Part shown: piece by piece, positions 25,001 through 38,200 of the stretch | Layout of the letters: each line of letters begins with the position of its first letter | Numbering within the stretch: position 1 is the stretch's first letter | Assembly (NCBI GenBank): GCA_050273025.1 | Contig: CP158636.1 | Location: 11,346,001-11,410,000, forward strand | Length of the DNA: 64,000 nt | DNA from: Cenococcum geophilum | Lineage: Eukaryota | Reading direction: 5' to 3' | Translations under genes and position numbers: made by a program | The notes under the pieces: generated by a model | Databases searched by the model: none | Told to the model about the DNA's origin: nothing | What the model saw: only the letters and a program-made list of their open reading frames with translations

Positions 25001-27864
25001 ATATAGAAGTTAAAGTTATAGTTATTTTTAAGGGTAAACTTAAATCGGCCAGGGGACTTCTGGTTCATTTGGTAGTAATAGCAGTACTTTATAAGATACT
25101 TAATTATCTTAACCTTAACTTTATAACCTGCTCGCTAAAGAACCCTAAGTAGTTAGTAAACGGATAGGTGGCTAAAACGACGGTGTAGTTGACGTAGCTC
25201 TGACTTGGTTAAGTAGCTCTAAGCAATACTCCTTTCTGGCTATTAAAGGAGTAACTAAGGGTAACCCCACTTACATATAACGGGCACCCGATTATCTCCC
25301 TAAATAAGCATATTCTTAAGGTTATTAAGCTTAACGCCTAATTTATCTATATCTTAGATGCAGAATAGAAATAGGGTATTTACGGGAATAATGTGGAAAA
25401 TAATATATCCTAACGGGGTTTGGACCTTAATTGTGCTAAAAGAGATTATAGTACCCTTACTAAAGCAAATTATATATTGGCCTGCCGTTAATTAGTTGAT
25501 CTAAATAGAGCTATTAAGCTGCTAAAGAGCTCGTACTTGAGGTTCTCCTACTATAAATACTTCTGCGGCTTTAGTATCTAGTATAATACTATAGAAGACG
25601 TTCGCTAAGTATTTATTATTAAATAAGAACGCGGAACTCTCCCTTAGCTTATTAAAGATATCTAACTTCGTAACAGAATAAAGCGTAGATTGGTTGTTAA
25701 GAATAGTGACAGTTTATATACTATCTACCTCACTAAACTCGGTGAAGTATTGGTCGGAAGGGTAGTCTTTAATTTCCATATCTATAAAAAGTTATTCGGC
25801 CTCATTAACCTTACCCTTAAAATCTTTTATACCTTTATATTAAACTAGGAAGCTTTAAAAGTAGGCTATAGTAACCTTATAGTTTCTAACGTTTCTTATA
25901 CTCTAGCGAAACTTATTATATGCCTCTTTTCGTCTATTAAGAGGGTGCCTAGTTAACTAGTAATTTGGCTTCTTACAAACATAGCATTTCTTCTACTAAT
26001 TGTTACGAAATGAACCTCCACAAGGACCTCCACAATTGCTTTATAGTTAACGTTAATTATACCCTCTACTATATCCCCTGCCACGACTACCATATATTTA
26101 ATTAGTCTAGTTATAATCGTATTAGTCGGCCGGGTCAATTGAAGTAGGTTAAAGTTAGGCGTTAAATTACTATACTTCTTAAGAGCATAGGGCAGTACCA
26201 ATAGAGGATCTTAATTAAGTATATACTCCTTTATAAGTACTTATAGGGTTAAAGAAAGCAAGGTTATATTCTTTAATACCTTAGTATACGCTAATGACTT
26301 AATTATATAGGCTGAAGTCCTCTTAATATGATTTAGATAAACTACGCTAAATTATCTAAAGTCGATTAAAGAGCTTTTAAAGACAATTAAGCTAAAAAAC
26401 ACCTGGGTTTATAGCAATAATCCTTAGAAAGGTAGTCTCTCTCTATTCCAACATATACTATTGCTTATTCTCTTCTGTTTTAAAGTGGCATCTTAACTTA
26501 TATATTATACGGTTAAAATTATACCCTTTTCCTACCAAACGATCATAGTAGAAGGTACTAGCGCGGCCTTTAAGCATAACAGAATAGGCGTTATAATATT
26601 AGTTAGGTTCTAGTCCTACCTTTTAGCAACAGTTGTAGAAGATATATAGCTTTAAATTAAGGATATCATATAGCTCCCTGCTAAACTTCTTTTCTTAGTC
26701 TAAATAGAGCTTTATAAGATCCGTAAGTAACTTTAAGATGCCTCTAAGTAGCGCTAGGTTGGGTTAAGATTGTATTAGAGATTAAGGAGGTAGAAATTGT
26801 ATTATAGGCTGTAGTGGGGATGTAGAGCTTAATAGAATAGAGTATGATACTTAATCTTGCTATAGGAGAGTTTAAAGGTTATTAAGTTGCGAAGTAGGGG
26901 GTTCTAGAGTAATGGAACTAGAGCATATCTCTAATGGCGTATTGCTTAGATTCCATTGTAAGTTAAGCTTCTTTATAGTGCGTAGTTGGTGCTTAATCTC
27001 TTATAGAGTCCATTTATATTCTTCTTTTGCTTTAATAACATACTCCTAAATATTATCTCTAATACCTCCCCTATCTATAGGGATAAATACTCTATACTCC
27101 CGAAGGAAGTTACAGAAGTCCTATATAAGATCCTTATATATAGGAACCTATATTTCCTTTATCTATCTAACAAAGTCCTCCTTTATATAATACTATAGTA
27201 TAGTGTTATCATATTCGCTGTCTTTATAGTATACCATACAGTGTAATAAGAATCCATTTAGCTCCTTTTGCTTAGTGGTTATAAAGTCGGTTATAGGTCT
27301 GTCCTATATCTCCGGGTTAATATCTTTCTTATACTTCTTTAGATAGGTCAACGCTATAATAATAGTTGTTCGATATATAGAGAGTGTTAAAAATATAGGG
27401 ATAGCGTACTAGTAGAACTTTGATAGTCTAATAGAGCTAAAATTGTCATAAGGTAAGGGCGCGCTGGTACTACCTTAGATGCTGACAGAGGAGTATAAGG
27501 GCCAGAGAGCGCGTTATTAACGTAATTTTAACGTGGCAGGGCCGCTAGGAACGTGGCAGAGTGTTAAAAGTATTGTTTTTGACGCGTTTCGGACATTAAC
27601 TTAGGACCTTAGGTTCAGTAATACTTCTAACCTAAAGTACTCAACCAAATCTTCGTAAACGTGGTTGTTCTGCATAATAGACGCAACTTAGTATCTCCTA
27701 GTACTTAGTAATACTTCTATTACTAGTTTTCCGTAAGTTTAAGGTAGCACAATATCGCCGGGATCTATTCCATATGAGCGCATATAGCACCCCTATATAA
27801 GACTGTCTCTTCTGTTAAAAACCTTGCTGTTCTATAGTTGACTATATATTTAACCACTGATCAG

Positions 27865-28037
27865 TGTTAGTGTTATAGGGTAACTCACTAATGCTACTCA
27901 AGTAGACATAGTAAATGTTAGTTATAAAGCTTATTGTTTAGAATTAGGGGGTGGGTAAAGAACCTAAGGTTCCTTACCACACTAGTGCCGCGGCGATACG
28001 TGATAATACGTGACGACCGCTTGCCTTATTCCCGACA
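27865..28037 (-). repeat. 5' LTR of Copia copy 2
   Basis: Direct repeat of 21879-22051, TG...CA termini. Confidence 0.94.
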
Positions 28038-31000
28038 ATTACTAATCTATTATAGGGATCTAAGGTTATTATTATCCCTACTAATATTAAAGCTATTAAA
28101 GCTTAGGAGTGTATATTTTAAGTTAAGCTTTAATAGGTATTTTCTAGGGGATTTAATAAGGATATTAAGTTACTACTTTAGACTATCTATATATTTACTA
28201 CAAATTTAAATTTTAAGTTCTATTTTATATTTAATAAATATAGTTTTTAATTAGCGAAGCGTAACCATGCTTTAAATTCGTAAGTTATAATTTAATCTAC
28301 TAAATTTTTTACTACATAATTTAGAACCTAATTTACTATTAAATAATTAATATATCTATGCAGGTGGTATATATTTTAATTTTACCCTTTGGTAATATAG
28401 GCGGGCTTATAACTATTAGCTAATCCTAAACCCAGTATAATGTATAGAGACTTCCTCTAACTAGATTTTTAGGGAGAGTAACTTCTATTCTATACCACAA
28501 ATCGTTCCCTTTAAAAGACTTATAATGCCGCTATAGTAAAACCCTCCGGTGGCGTAATTCTAGGCTACTATTAATTTAGTAGCAGGTACTATTATTAAAT
28601 AATACTTCTTTAAGAAGACGTCCTTTAGTATTACTACTACTACTATCCGGCGTCCACATATTATAAATCCCCTTAAGAGTATCTAATAATAAAGACTAAT
28701 CCGTTCTATAGACAAAGATATTTCTAAAAGAAATTTTACTAGGCGTTTAATTAAGCAGAGTAATATAGCCATTCTCTTAGTATATTAGCAGTAAAGTACT
28801 ACTAGAATAGGTAGATAATATTAGACTTCCCACTATCTAATTAGGCTGCGATTAACTATCTTTATATATAAGATTAATAGATAGAAGAATATTATTATCA
28901 CGAGTATTAAGAGGAAGGAGATATATTATAGATAGATCTTTAAATTTAGGGGTCCGTGGCACTTATAATAAGTTTAGTTAAATATTAGAGTTCTTATAAT
29001 AAGTATTTCTTACTATATCCTTAAGGAAATTTAGGAAATCCTTTAAGTACTCTACTGGTAGCGAGAACCAGTATTCTCTCCACCCATATATACGCGGATA
29101 CGGATTATAAAAATTAAATAGCAATATAAAATATCTAAGCTATGTATAATATAGCTATTAGTATTAATAAGGTGGCGTTATAAGATAATATAGGGAAGAC
29201 TACCTTAGAATAAGTTTATAGTACTACTATAAAAGAGCCTAAAGGGAATGCGTTGAATTTATATAGGCAATATTAGACTAAAAACTTAATATAGTTTACT
29301 ATTCCGTATGCCTAATAATTTTATTAGCTTTTTATTTTTAATCTTTTAGGTTATTTAATAGATATAGTAAGCATAAAAAGTACCCTATTTACTCTTAAGG
29401 GGCTATATTAATAACTAATATAGTATTAATAAGGATATTATTTAGTATTAGTTACATAGGGCACTAGATTTTTAACCCTACTTACCTATAAATAAAATAC
29501 GCACGTGCTAGATATCTATTTACTTCTATTAAACTAACCCTTTACGTAAGAATTATTAGGTATTTACCCTAATTACTACTTAGATATACCTCTACCTTAA
29601 GTATAATATACTTATTAAAGCCAGTATCTCCACGCTTTCCCTACTACATTTTATTTATAATTCCCCTTTTTCTTTTAAGAGACACTACCTCCTTTTTTAA
29701 CTTCTAGTTAGCCTTCTCTAGTATTTTAATTTTACTTTTAGTCTGTAAATAGCTTATCTATAGAGCAATAGTATGACTAGGATTACTGCTATTAAATATA
29801 TTATTAGTAATATCTAAAACGGTAAATCCTAACCTAACTGCGATATATTTATATACTTATAATAACTTCTAAGTTATAACGCCAAGTTAATCTCTCTTAC
29901 ACTTTAATTTAGAGCCTTAGTAGTTCCGGTTTTAGCTTTAGCTCTAATGCCCTATTAGTAAGGCCTCTTACTACTATAGCATAGGAAGCATTCCTTATCT
30001 TTAGAAGCGCCTTTCCCCTAATAGACACGCCCTTTACTCTAGATCTCTCTGCATATCTTTCTCCATTACTTATTACTTCGCTATTACTTATATTAATTAT
30101 TCTTTTTACAGCCTTTATTATTAATATTTAATTAGCTGACTTTAGGACGGAATATATACTATAGATTTTTTAAAAAGTGTTTTATATAGGCTCCTAGCAA
30201 GGGGATATGAGGTTCTTTTATATTCTCCTTTTTACCTATATACAAGGCTAGACGGATCCTTAAACCCTACTAGCAGTATAATCAATACCTATTACCTAGG
30301 TTAATATAAAACGTATAAGTAATAACGCATAAGCTTACTCCGCCTTTATAGAAGTAAGGCATTATATAAAAGAGGCTATTATTACTTTCTTTCTAACACG
30401 CTAAACCGTATCTTATATATAGCTAAGCCCGCCTTACTAATATCCCGAGATTTAGTTAAATAGGATCTTAATCTATATATCCTAGACCGTAGCTTCCCGT
30501 ACTATAGCTAAGGCGTTTATAAATTTATCTATAACGGTTAAAGGGGCTTAAAGTGTTACTATAAAGCTATTATTAAACGCTATTTTACTTAGCTACCTCT
30601 AAGAGTGACGGAGCGCTAAATTATAATAGGTGCGAAGAATCCTAGCGCTTTATACTTAGAGCTACTTCTAAACTTTAGTAGTATATTAAGACTACTTATA
30701 ATCCAATAAGCAATAGTAGCTAAGCACTACTTATAAAGCTAAAGACTAGTACGTTAGTTCTTCCGTACTAATATAATATATTTTAGTCAGGTATTTATAT
30801 TTAGTAATAGCTTAGCCAATAATTATCCCTAGCAATGCCTCCTTTAATTTAAACAGCCACTGTTAGACTTAATTAAGTAGCTTATACTTTTAGGCGCAGA
30901 TAGCATACTAAGAAAGGAGTAATTATAGCTAATGGATATTATGCGCCAGCTTTAGGGTAAAGGGGCCGCTAATATACTTCGCCTTATTTAGGTAATATTA

Positions 31001-32349
31001 ATCTCCCTTTCTAAACTTAGCCTTAGCTCTACTAAGTAGTAGAGGAAATATTATAGGGGTGGCATTCGCCTTACCCTAAAATATCCTTAAATTAAGCTAC
31101 CTTTTCTTTAAATATTAAGCTTCGCTAAAATATAATTCTTTTCTATACTTGTTAAATAAGTCCTATTATATATAGTGCCTTAAATAAACCTAAATTAGAT
31201 TACTAATAATTCTTATAGGTCTATAGGAAGAGCTTAGAAAACGATCCCTATATACCGCCCTAGCTTTATATATTTTACACCTTATAATTAAGGATAGGAA
31301 GAGGATAGTAATAAAGATAGTAATAAAGAGATAGTAGTTTTAGACTATAGTAATAAGTTACGGAATTCTAGCCACTCTATTAATAGATTGCGCTAGAGTA
31401 ACCTAGTAAAAGGGCAAATTAATACTACTAACATCAATAAACTAAGCCAGAGTAGCGATAACGGATTATTAGGTAACGGTAGAGAACTTAGGATTTAGTA
31501 TAATTTAATAGGCAAGACTCTATAAGTGCAATACTATATAGAAAAATAAGGTAAAAATTTAATAAGAGATTATAGGACGTCTATAGAACGCCTAGTAGTC
31601 TATCTACGTCTTAAAATCCCCACTTTTATCTCTTTTAGCTTAACCTCTTCTAAGCTTTATAAAATTTATAATAATCTCTTAGGTCTCTTAATACGGGCAG
31701 AAGATTTTATTTACTATATTACTAATAAAGGACAACTAATATATAATAATAACTCTAAACTCTATAAGTTTCTTTTTAAGCTGAAATACTTATATCCTAA
31801 GTAAGTACTAGTCGTATTTAAGGTTAGTAGGCTTATAGATTTATATATTAAAGAGTTAAAGAATAATATCTAGTATATACTCTTTAGCGCTTATTCCATC
31901 TATTATAATTTACTAAGTAGGATTATATACCTCTATTAGTGTAATAGGAAAGGGTTAAAAGGAAGTATAATAGGACTTCTACTTTTTATCAAATTTATAG
32001 GGCTTTTCCTATAGGAATTTCTCTAGTTCTTTAAGGTTAAAGTTATTTTCGTTTTTATATATCTACTATTAGTACTTTCTTAGCACCTACTTTATACCTA
32101 TACTTACTAGAATAGTTTTCTAATTACTACCCTTTTCTTTTGGAGAAGCTTCTTAAATTAGGGCTTTAAAATTAGTTTACCCTCTATTAAGGGTTTTAAT
32201 ACTATATAATTAGTTAGATAAGAAAACTATTAGGAAGTATAACTATTAATAAAAGTACCTTCTCTATTACCTCTATTTTCCAGTTTTTAGCCAAAATATA
32301 ACAGTCTTTTAATTGCATTTAAGCTTTTTATAATATAATTAGTAGTAAC

Positions 32350-33335
32350 TCTTTGATTAACGTCTGATACGGATCCTACTGGCCCACGCAGACTACTCCG
32401 TCGCAGGGGGGAAAACTTGTAATTTACATGAAGAAAACCCTATGAGCCACCTCAGTAGGATGAAAAACCCCGTTTTGCCATGTCTGTCCGTAGCGGCGGC
32501 CCTGCGGGCCTACAACTACGTCCTGTCCTCCTTGGATGTTCGAACTCCTTGGGAACCACTGCTTCCTTCTCTAGCTTATCCCAGCTAGGGTTTACTACGT
32601 CCTAGCTAGGCCTTGCCAATTAATTGCTGTACTGTTGTTTCCCATATCTTAGCCATCCCCTGTGTGCTATCTCTTGTTTAACCATTGCTATATACGCCAT
32701 GCCTCCCCCCCCCCAGGGCCTATTGAAGGCGTAAGGGGGATTCATCTATTAACTACTATAATACTAAGGCGAGCGGGATATATTGTGTGCTTTGGGTATC
32801 TTTTATGCCTAGGCCCCAGCTAGGCCCTTTCTAAGGGTCACCACTCCGTCAAAAGAAGATAAGGAAAACCATGGGTTGTAATCCAGGCTGCTAGGTAGCA
32901 CTTAATAGTTGATGGCGAGTGACCGCATGCTCCGCGGGCGATCGCCCTGGGGGTTAGGAGGGGCCGTATATTTGCTTGTTGCTCGGTCGCATTCGCTCGT
33001 TTGTTGATGTGAGAGGTTGTTGATGCTTTCTATTGGGGGTCGGGGGATGCTATCGAATGCTGTGCATCTATGTTGGATCGTATAGGTGTCTTCTGATAGG
33101 AGAATAGTAGTGTAGTAGCTGCTATCGTAAGGGGGTACCAACAGTGGTGGTTTTCGAGATCTCACCATCCTATGTGAAAACTTTTCACCACCGCCCACAC
33201 TACTCGCAACTACCACCACCATGTCGTATCGCACGCTGTGCGACGTCTCTGCGTTGGCTCTGGGTCTGAACTTCGAAGACCTAGGTTTGTAGCCGTCACC
33301 ACGTATAGGTGCAGAGTCCGTTTTCGACGGCCTTA
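32350..33335. other. GC-richer, weakly RIPed island of unknown identity
   Basis: Sharp compositional boundaries and retained CpA/TpG. No second copy, convincing TSD or recognisable ORF seen in the window. Confidence 0.6.
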
Positions 33336-34684
33336 TAATATAATTATAATACTATTACTCTATATTATAAAGCTTCTAAATTTCTATACGTAAAAACCGT
33401 ATAACTGCGGTTTATGTAATAAGTATATTAATCTTACTTTCCTATAGTACACTTTTATTTAATAAAGTTGTGTTAAAGCTATAAAAATAATTTACCAATT
33501 CCAAAACTAAAGCTCTACTTACTTATCTATTATTTTTAGTAATCTACACCTATTTTACTAATAACCCTATACTAAACTATTTTAAAGCTAAGTAATTTAG
33601 TAGTATTTTTAGCTCTTATTAGCATTAACACGAAGAAGCTTATATAAACACTATATATTTTAGCGGCTAGAGAAGTTACTCTAAGATTAATATTTCTGCC
33701 TAAATCTATATAAAGTGGGTAAAAGCAATACCACTTTTTAAGCGCTATACTATAGTTTCTAAGGTATATAGTATAAATAAAAGTTAGGAGATAAAGCCGC
33801 GGCGTATTTAGCCAGCTTTGCCGTAATTAAGAAGAAGTTTAGGAATATAGTTCCCACTCTATTTAAAACTAAATAAGGGGCTCTACGTACTAGTATTTAG
33901 GGGTAGCCCTAATAATTAATTATTGCTTAAAGCTAATAATCTAACTAAGCTAAGTTTTACGCTTAGAATTAAATAGGGGACTTATTTAATATTATAAGCA
34001 GCTTATATATTCTATATAACCTTATCTTTATAACTCTCTTAAATACAGTATATATTTATATTTAGCAAATTAATCTAAAAGGCCTATATAACTCCGCGCA
34101 GTTTTAGAAATCTTATTATTTCCCTTAAAACGGATATAAAAGCTCTTCTATAGGTCTATAAGTATCTTTCCTATACTAAAAAAAACCCTAGATCTCTATA
34201 ATAAGCGTATATCCAAAACCTTTTCTTATATATATTTTTTAAAACTCTTTAATTTCTAGGTACTAATATCTCCCAATAATCTCTAATATATTAAACTAAT
34301 CCGCCTATATTTACTTCCACTCTAATATAACCTTATTAGCTAGGGCTATTAAGTTATACTAATTACTATATTATAGCATCTTATTATTATCTAAAGTTAT
34401 TAGTTGCCTCCTAGTTTAAAAAGACCTTTAGTATTAAATAGACTGCATTTTATATATATAATAATCCACCCCATTATTAATAATAATTAAATCTACTATT
34501 TATTAGTTTACTCGCATTCCATATCTCCTCTATCCCTAACTTTATATACTAGCTAAGGATCTTTTTAGGCCCTGATTTTTATCGTCTAATACTTCTTAAA
34601 GGCTTTAGGGCTATTCCTAAGGCTTAATATCTTCTATATAGAAGTGCCAGTCGTCCTCCTCATTCGTCTAATTATTTAGCTCTT

Positions 34685-34985
34685 CCCTTAGTTACTTATC
34701 CTAGTGCTTATCTAGCTACTTATTTAATTAGCTATTTAGGTATTAATTTAGCTGCTCCTTTAGCGACTTATCTAGCTACTTATATAAGAACTTATCTAAC
34801 TGCTTACTTAGTTACTTATCTAGATGCTTATCTAATTAACTATCCAGGTATTAGTTTAGCTACTTATTTAGCCACTCGTCCAGCTACTCCCTTAATTACT
34901 TATTTCTATACTAACCTAGCTACTCGTTTAGTAGCTTATTAATCTACTTATTAGCCTATTCTACTAGCTGCTTATTTAACACGAA
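34685..34985 (-). repeat. Degenerate 12-bp-period tandem repeat, probably a coding repeat (EQVA-like) of a dead gene
   Basis: Recurring AGCTACTTATCT-like units in phase. Confidence 0.55.
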
Positions 34986-35258
34986 GTCTCCTAAGGGAGA
35001 GAACACTAAGGTTTTATCTAATATATTAACACCATTAGGTAGGTTATCTAAGATAGATTTCTCTAATCTAATATATTAGTCTAGATCTTATATTATTTCA
35101 TTAAATAGAGCGAAGGCTAGATTAGGATCGGTCTAGTTACCTTTAAAATCTTCTAGATTTAAGTAGTCTACGCTAAAAGTAGGCTTATATAAGGGCGCGG
35201 AGAGACTTTAAAGAAGATTTAAAGGAACGATATAAATTCTATCTAAATCTAAGGGTAT

Positions 35259-38200
35259 TGTAACGGAATTCCCCAGAAGGTACATATCAGATAAGACAGA
35301 AGGAGGTCTCATCTATATTCCAGAAGGAGGTCTCATCTATATTCCAGAAGGAGGTCTCACCTATATTCTATATACGTCCTAGAAGACACGGTTAGACAGA
35401 TAAGGGGCAAAGGGTTTTACTAGCGTCTTAGAAAGATTATATAGGGAGCTAGTTCTCCTCTAGAGAAGAACTAGCGATTAGTCTCTAAATAGAAGTAGTT
35501 AGAAGCATTTGTCCTTTAATACATAAAACTTATTCTACCTTTAACTTACCTTCTATTTACCTTTAACTTACCTTCTACTTACCGGTGATACTATCAATTA
35601 GATAATTATACATTCCGGTTAGGCTAGCCTCTTATAATTCTAATCGCTTACAATCCGTTAGGAACGTATGGCTATTAATTAATAATAACGAACTATACTC
35701 CTGTACCCTATAAAGCAACGCCCTTACCATAAGAGGCTTAAAGAGTCTCCCTAGAGGAGCGCATTCCCTCTTCCTATAAAGAAGCCACGGCTAGTCCGTC
35801 TAACCTTATAAGACCCTTAGGAACGATTACCGCTGGAGAGTTATTAGAGTGGTCGCTACACAAGACCCTATAAAAAACAAAGGAGTTGGAGATATAATTA
35901 AGATAAGTATATTAAGACTACCAAGAACAATTATAAGGACAATTGGGGGAAGTATAGACACCCCAGACACGAAGCGGACTTAAAGGGGTAACGCCATACT
36001 ATACTATAACGTCAGAAAAACCTAAATTCCGCATAAAGGAACCTAATGAGTACTATGGTGATAGTCTTTAGAACTATAATTGTTTTATCCGATAATATAA
36101 AACTAAGTTTCGGCTGGATCCAAAACGTTACTCTAACGAGTATAATTAGACACTAATTGCTTCTACCTTCCTGCGTGGCACCGTTAAGAGTTTATAGACA
36201 TGCTACAAGAAGAAACTTACTACACCCCTTAAATTCAGCGAACTTAGGACCTGGTTAGTTAATTAGGTCTAAAACCCTACTAATTAAGGGATGGACTATA
36301 ACTAGCGATACCATAATGCTAAATAGCGGGATAGTTAGACTATAGTCCAGTTTATAAACTACTTAGAAGAACTAGAAGATAATATACCCTACTTAGATCT
36401 GTAGGATAACGCTATATAACTTTACTAGCTACTTACTAAGCTACAACCTAAGATTTAATAGGCTATATAAGAGAAGGGCAAAATTCCTACCTTTTAAGAA
36501 AAGCTTATCTCTAAAGCTACTTAGATTAAGAGTGCTAAAAGAGACTATTTAGGCAAGCGAAAGGAATAAGACGCTAATAATAAAGAGCGTAGGACTAGAC
36601 CTAGCTTTAATAATAGGGGTAGATTCCGACCTAACCGCTCTATAAAAGGACAATATAAGTAGGCCTTACAGCCCTAGAGCAATGCTAGTTAACCTTAAAA
36701 TAACAATAGGTAGAGACCTAATCTATAGGAGGGGAACCGGGAGATATATACCTATTATAACTGCGGTAAGAAGGGCTATATAAGCCGCTTCTGCTAGTAA
36801 AAGAAGTAAGAGTCGGCCTAATTAGAAAAAGAGACAGCCTAGTAAATCTTTACTCCCTTACACTAGGCTAGCAAGAGAAAGAGGGAGTAAACTGCTATAT
36901 AGTTATTCCTATCTCTATTTAAGTTAATAATAAATAGGTAACGCGAGACTACCTTATAGACAGCGGCGCGAGTATAGGGTTTATTTCTTAATTACTAGTA
37001 AAAGAATTAGATTTGGACCTTAACGGCTTGCAGGTGCGCACTATTTAAAGTATTAAAGGCCACTGGATTCTATACTATAGGGAACAGGCTTTTTCCGTGG
37101 CTAGCTAGGACCGCGATAGTCTATAGGACATATAGGAGATGCGCTTCTATGCTGTAGAAATTAAGGGGTATAACCTTATTTTAGGATACCTATAGCTTCA
37201 CTAAGTCAATCCGGATATTAATTGGCCTTTAGCCTTATATTAACATCGGAAGTCTTAACCGCGTATTATAGTTAAAGATTAAGAGACTTTCTTAAACTAT
37301 GTATAAGAAAAAGGGTAGGTATATGCTATATATGCTACTCTTAACACTAAGAACAGGGATATAGGATATTTATTTTTGGATATCCAGCTATACGTAGTTA
37401 AGGAACTAGAGATTCTATAGGAATATACGGACTTAGAGGATATTTCTAGTAAAGAGGCTACACAAACCTTACCTGACCCTATATTAGTTAAGTATAAGAT
37501 AGATATAGGGGACAAACAACCTTATTTTAGACTGCTATATAACCTATTAGAAAATAAGCTGGCGGTACTACGTTAATATATAGTAGACAATTTTTAGAGA
37601 GGATGGATTTGGCCCTCTATAAGCCTAGCAAGGGCGCCGATTATATTTATACCTAAAAAGGACGGGACCCTTTGCCTCTATATTGACTATTAGGCGCTAA
37701 ATAAGATTACTATAAAGAATTACTACCTATTACCCTTAATAGGGGAGCTTATTAATAGGCTGTTAGGCGTAAAGATATTTATAAAATTAGATCTAAAAGA
37801 TATATACCATTAAATCCGGATTAAAGCCGGCAATAAGTGGAAAACAGCGTTTTAAATATAGTACGGCCACTTTGAGTACCTAGTAATGCCATTTAGGCTC
37901 ACTAACGTACTAGTGATATTTTAGGCCTATATTAATAAGGCATTATTGGGCCTATTGGATATAATATGTGTGGTCTACCTTAATAATATTGTAGTCTACT
38001 CTAATAACTACAAAGCATATATATACTATGTATAAATAGTACTAAAAAGACTGCGGGAATATAAGCTCTATATAAACCTAAAAAAGTGCACGTTCTATAC
38101 TACTAGCATTAATTTTTTAGGCTTTATTATTAGCGTTAATAAAATATTAATAGAGAAAAGTTAGGTGGACGCTATTAGGAAATAGCCCTACCCTATAATA

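Larger units (their letters stand above)
21879..28037 (-). mobile_element. Full-length Ty1/Copia LTR retrotransposon, RIP-inactivated (Copia copy 2)
   Basis: 173-bp LTRs at 21879-22051 and 27865-28037; perfect TSD ATTAC (21874-21878, 28038-28042). Gag knuckle CYVCKKPNCWS ~25960-26000, protease ILDTGAA ~25570, then INT, RT, RH. Confidence 0.96.

Noticed and set aside
30940..30995. GKGAANIL resembling the tyrosine-recombinase (DUF3435) RRGAAN motif
   Set aside because: No other recombinase motifs in frame; likely chance.
32690..32716. G-run on the minus strand as a PPT for an LTR at ~32365-32699
   Set aside because: No inverted TGT...ACA termini, partner LTR or TSD found.
32902..33234. 110-aa ORF in the GC-rich island
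   Set aside because: GTG start and no recognisable domain; expected by chance in less RIPed DNA.
35298..35370. 22-bp repeats superficially like a CRISPR array
   Set aside because: Tandem with no spacers, inside a eukaryotic LTR and present in both LTR copies.
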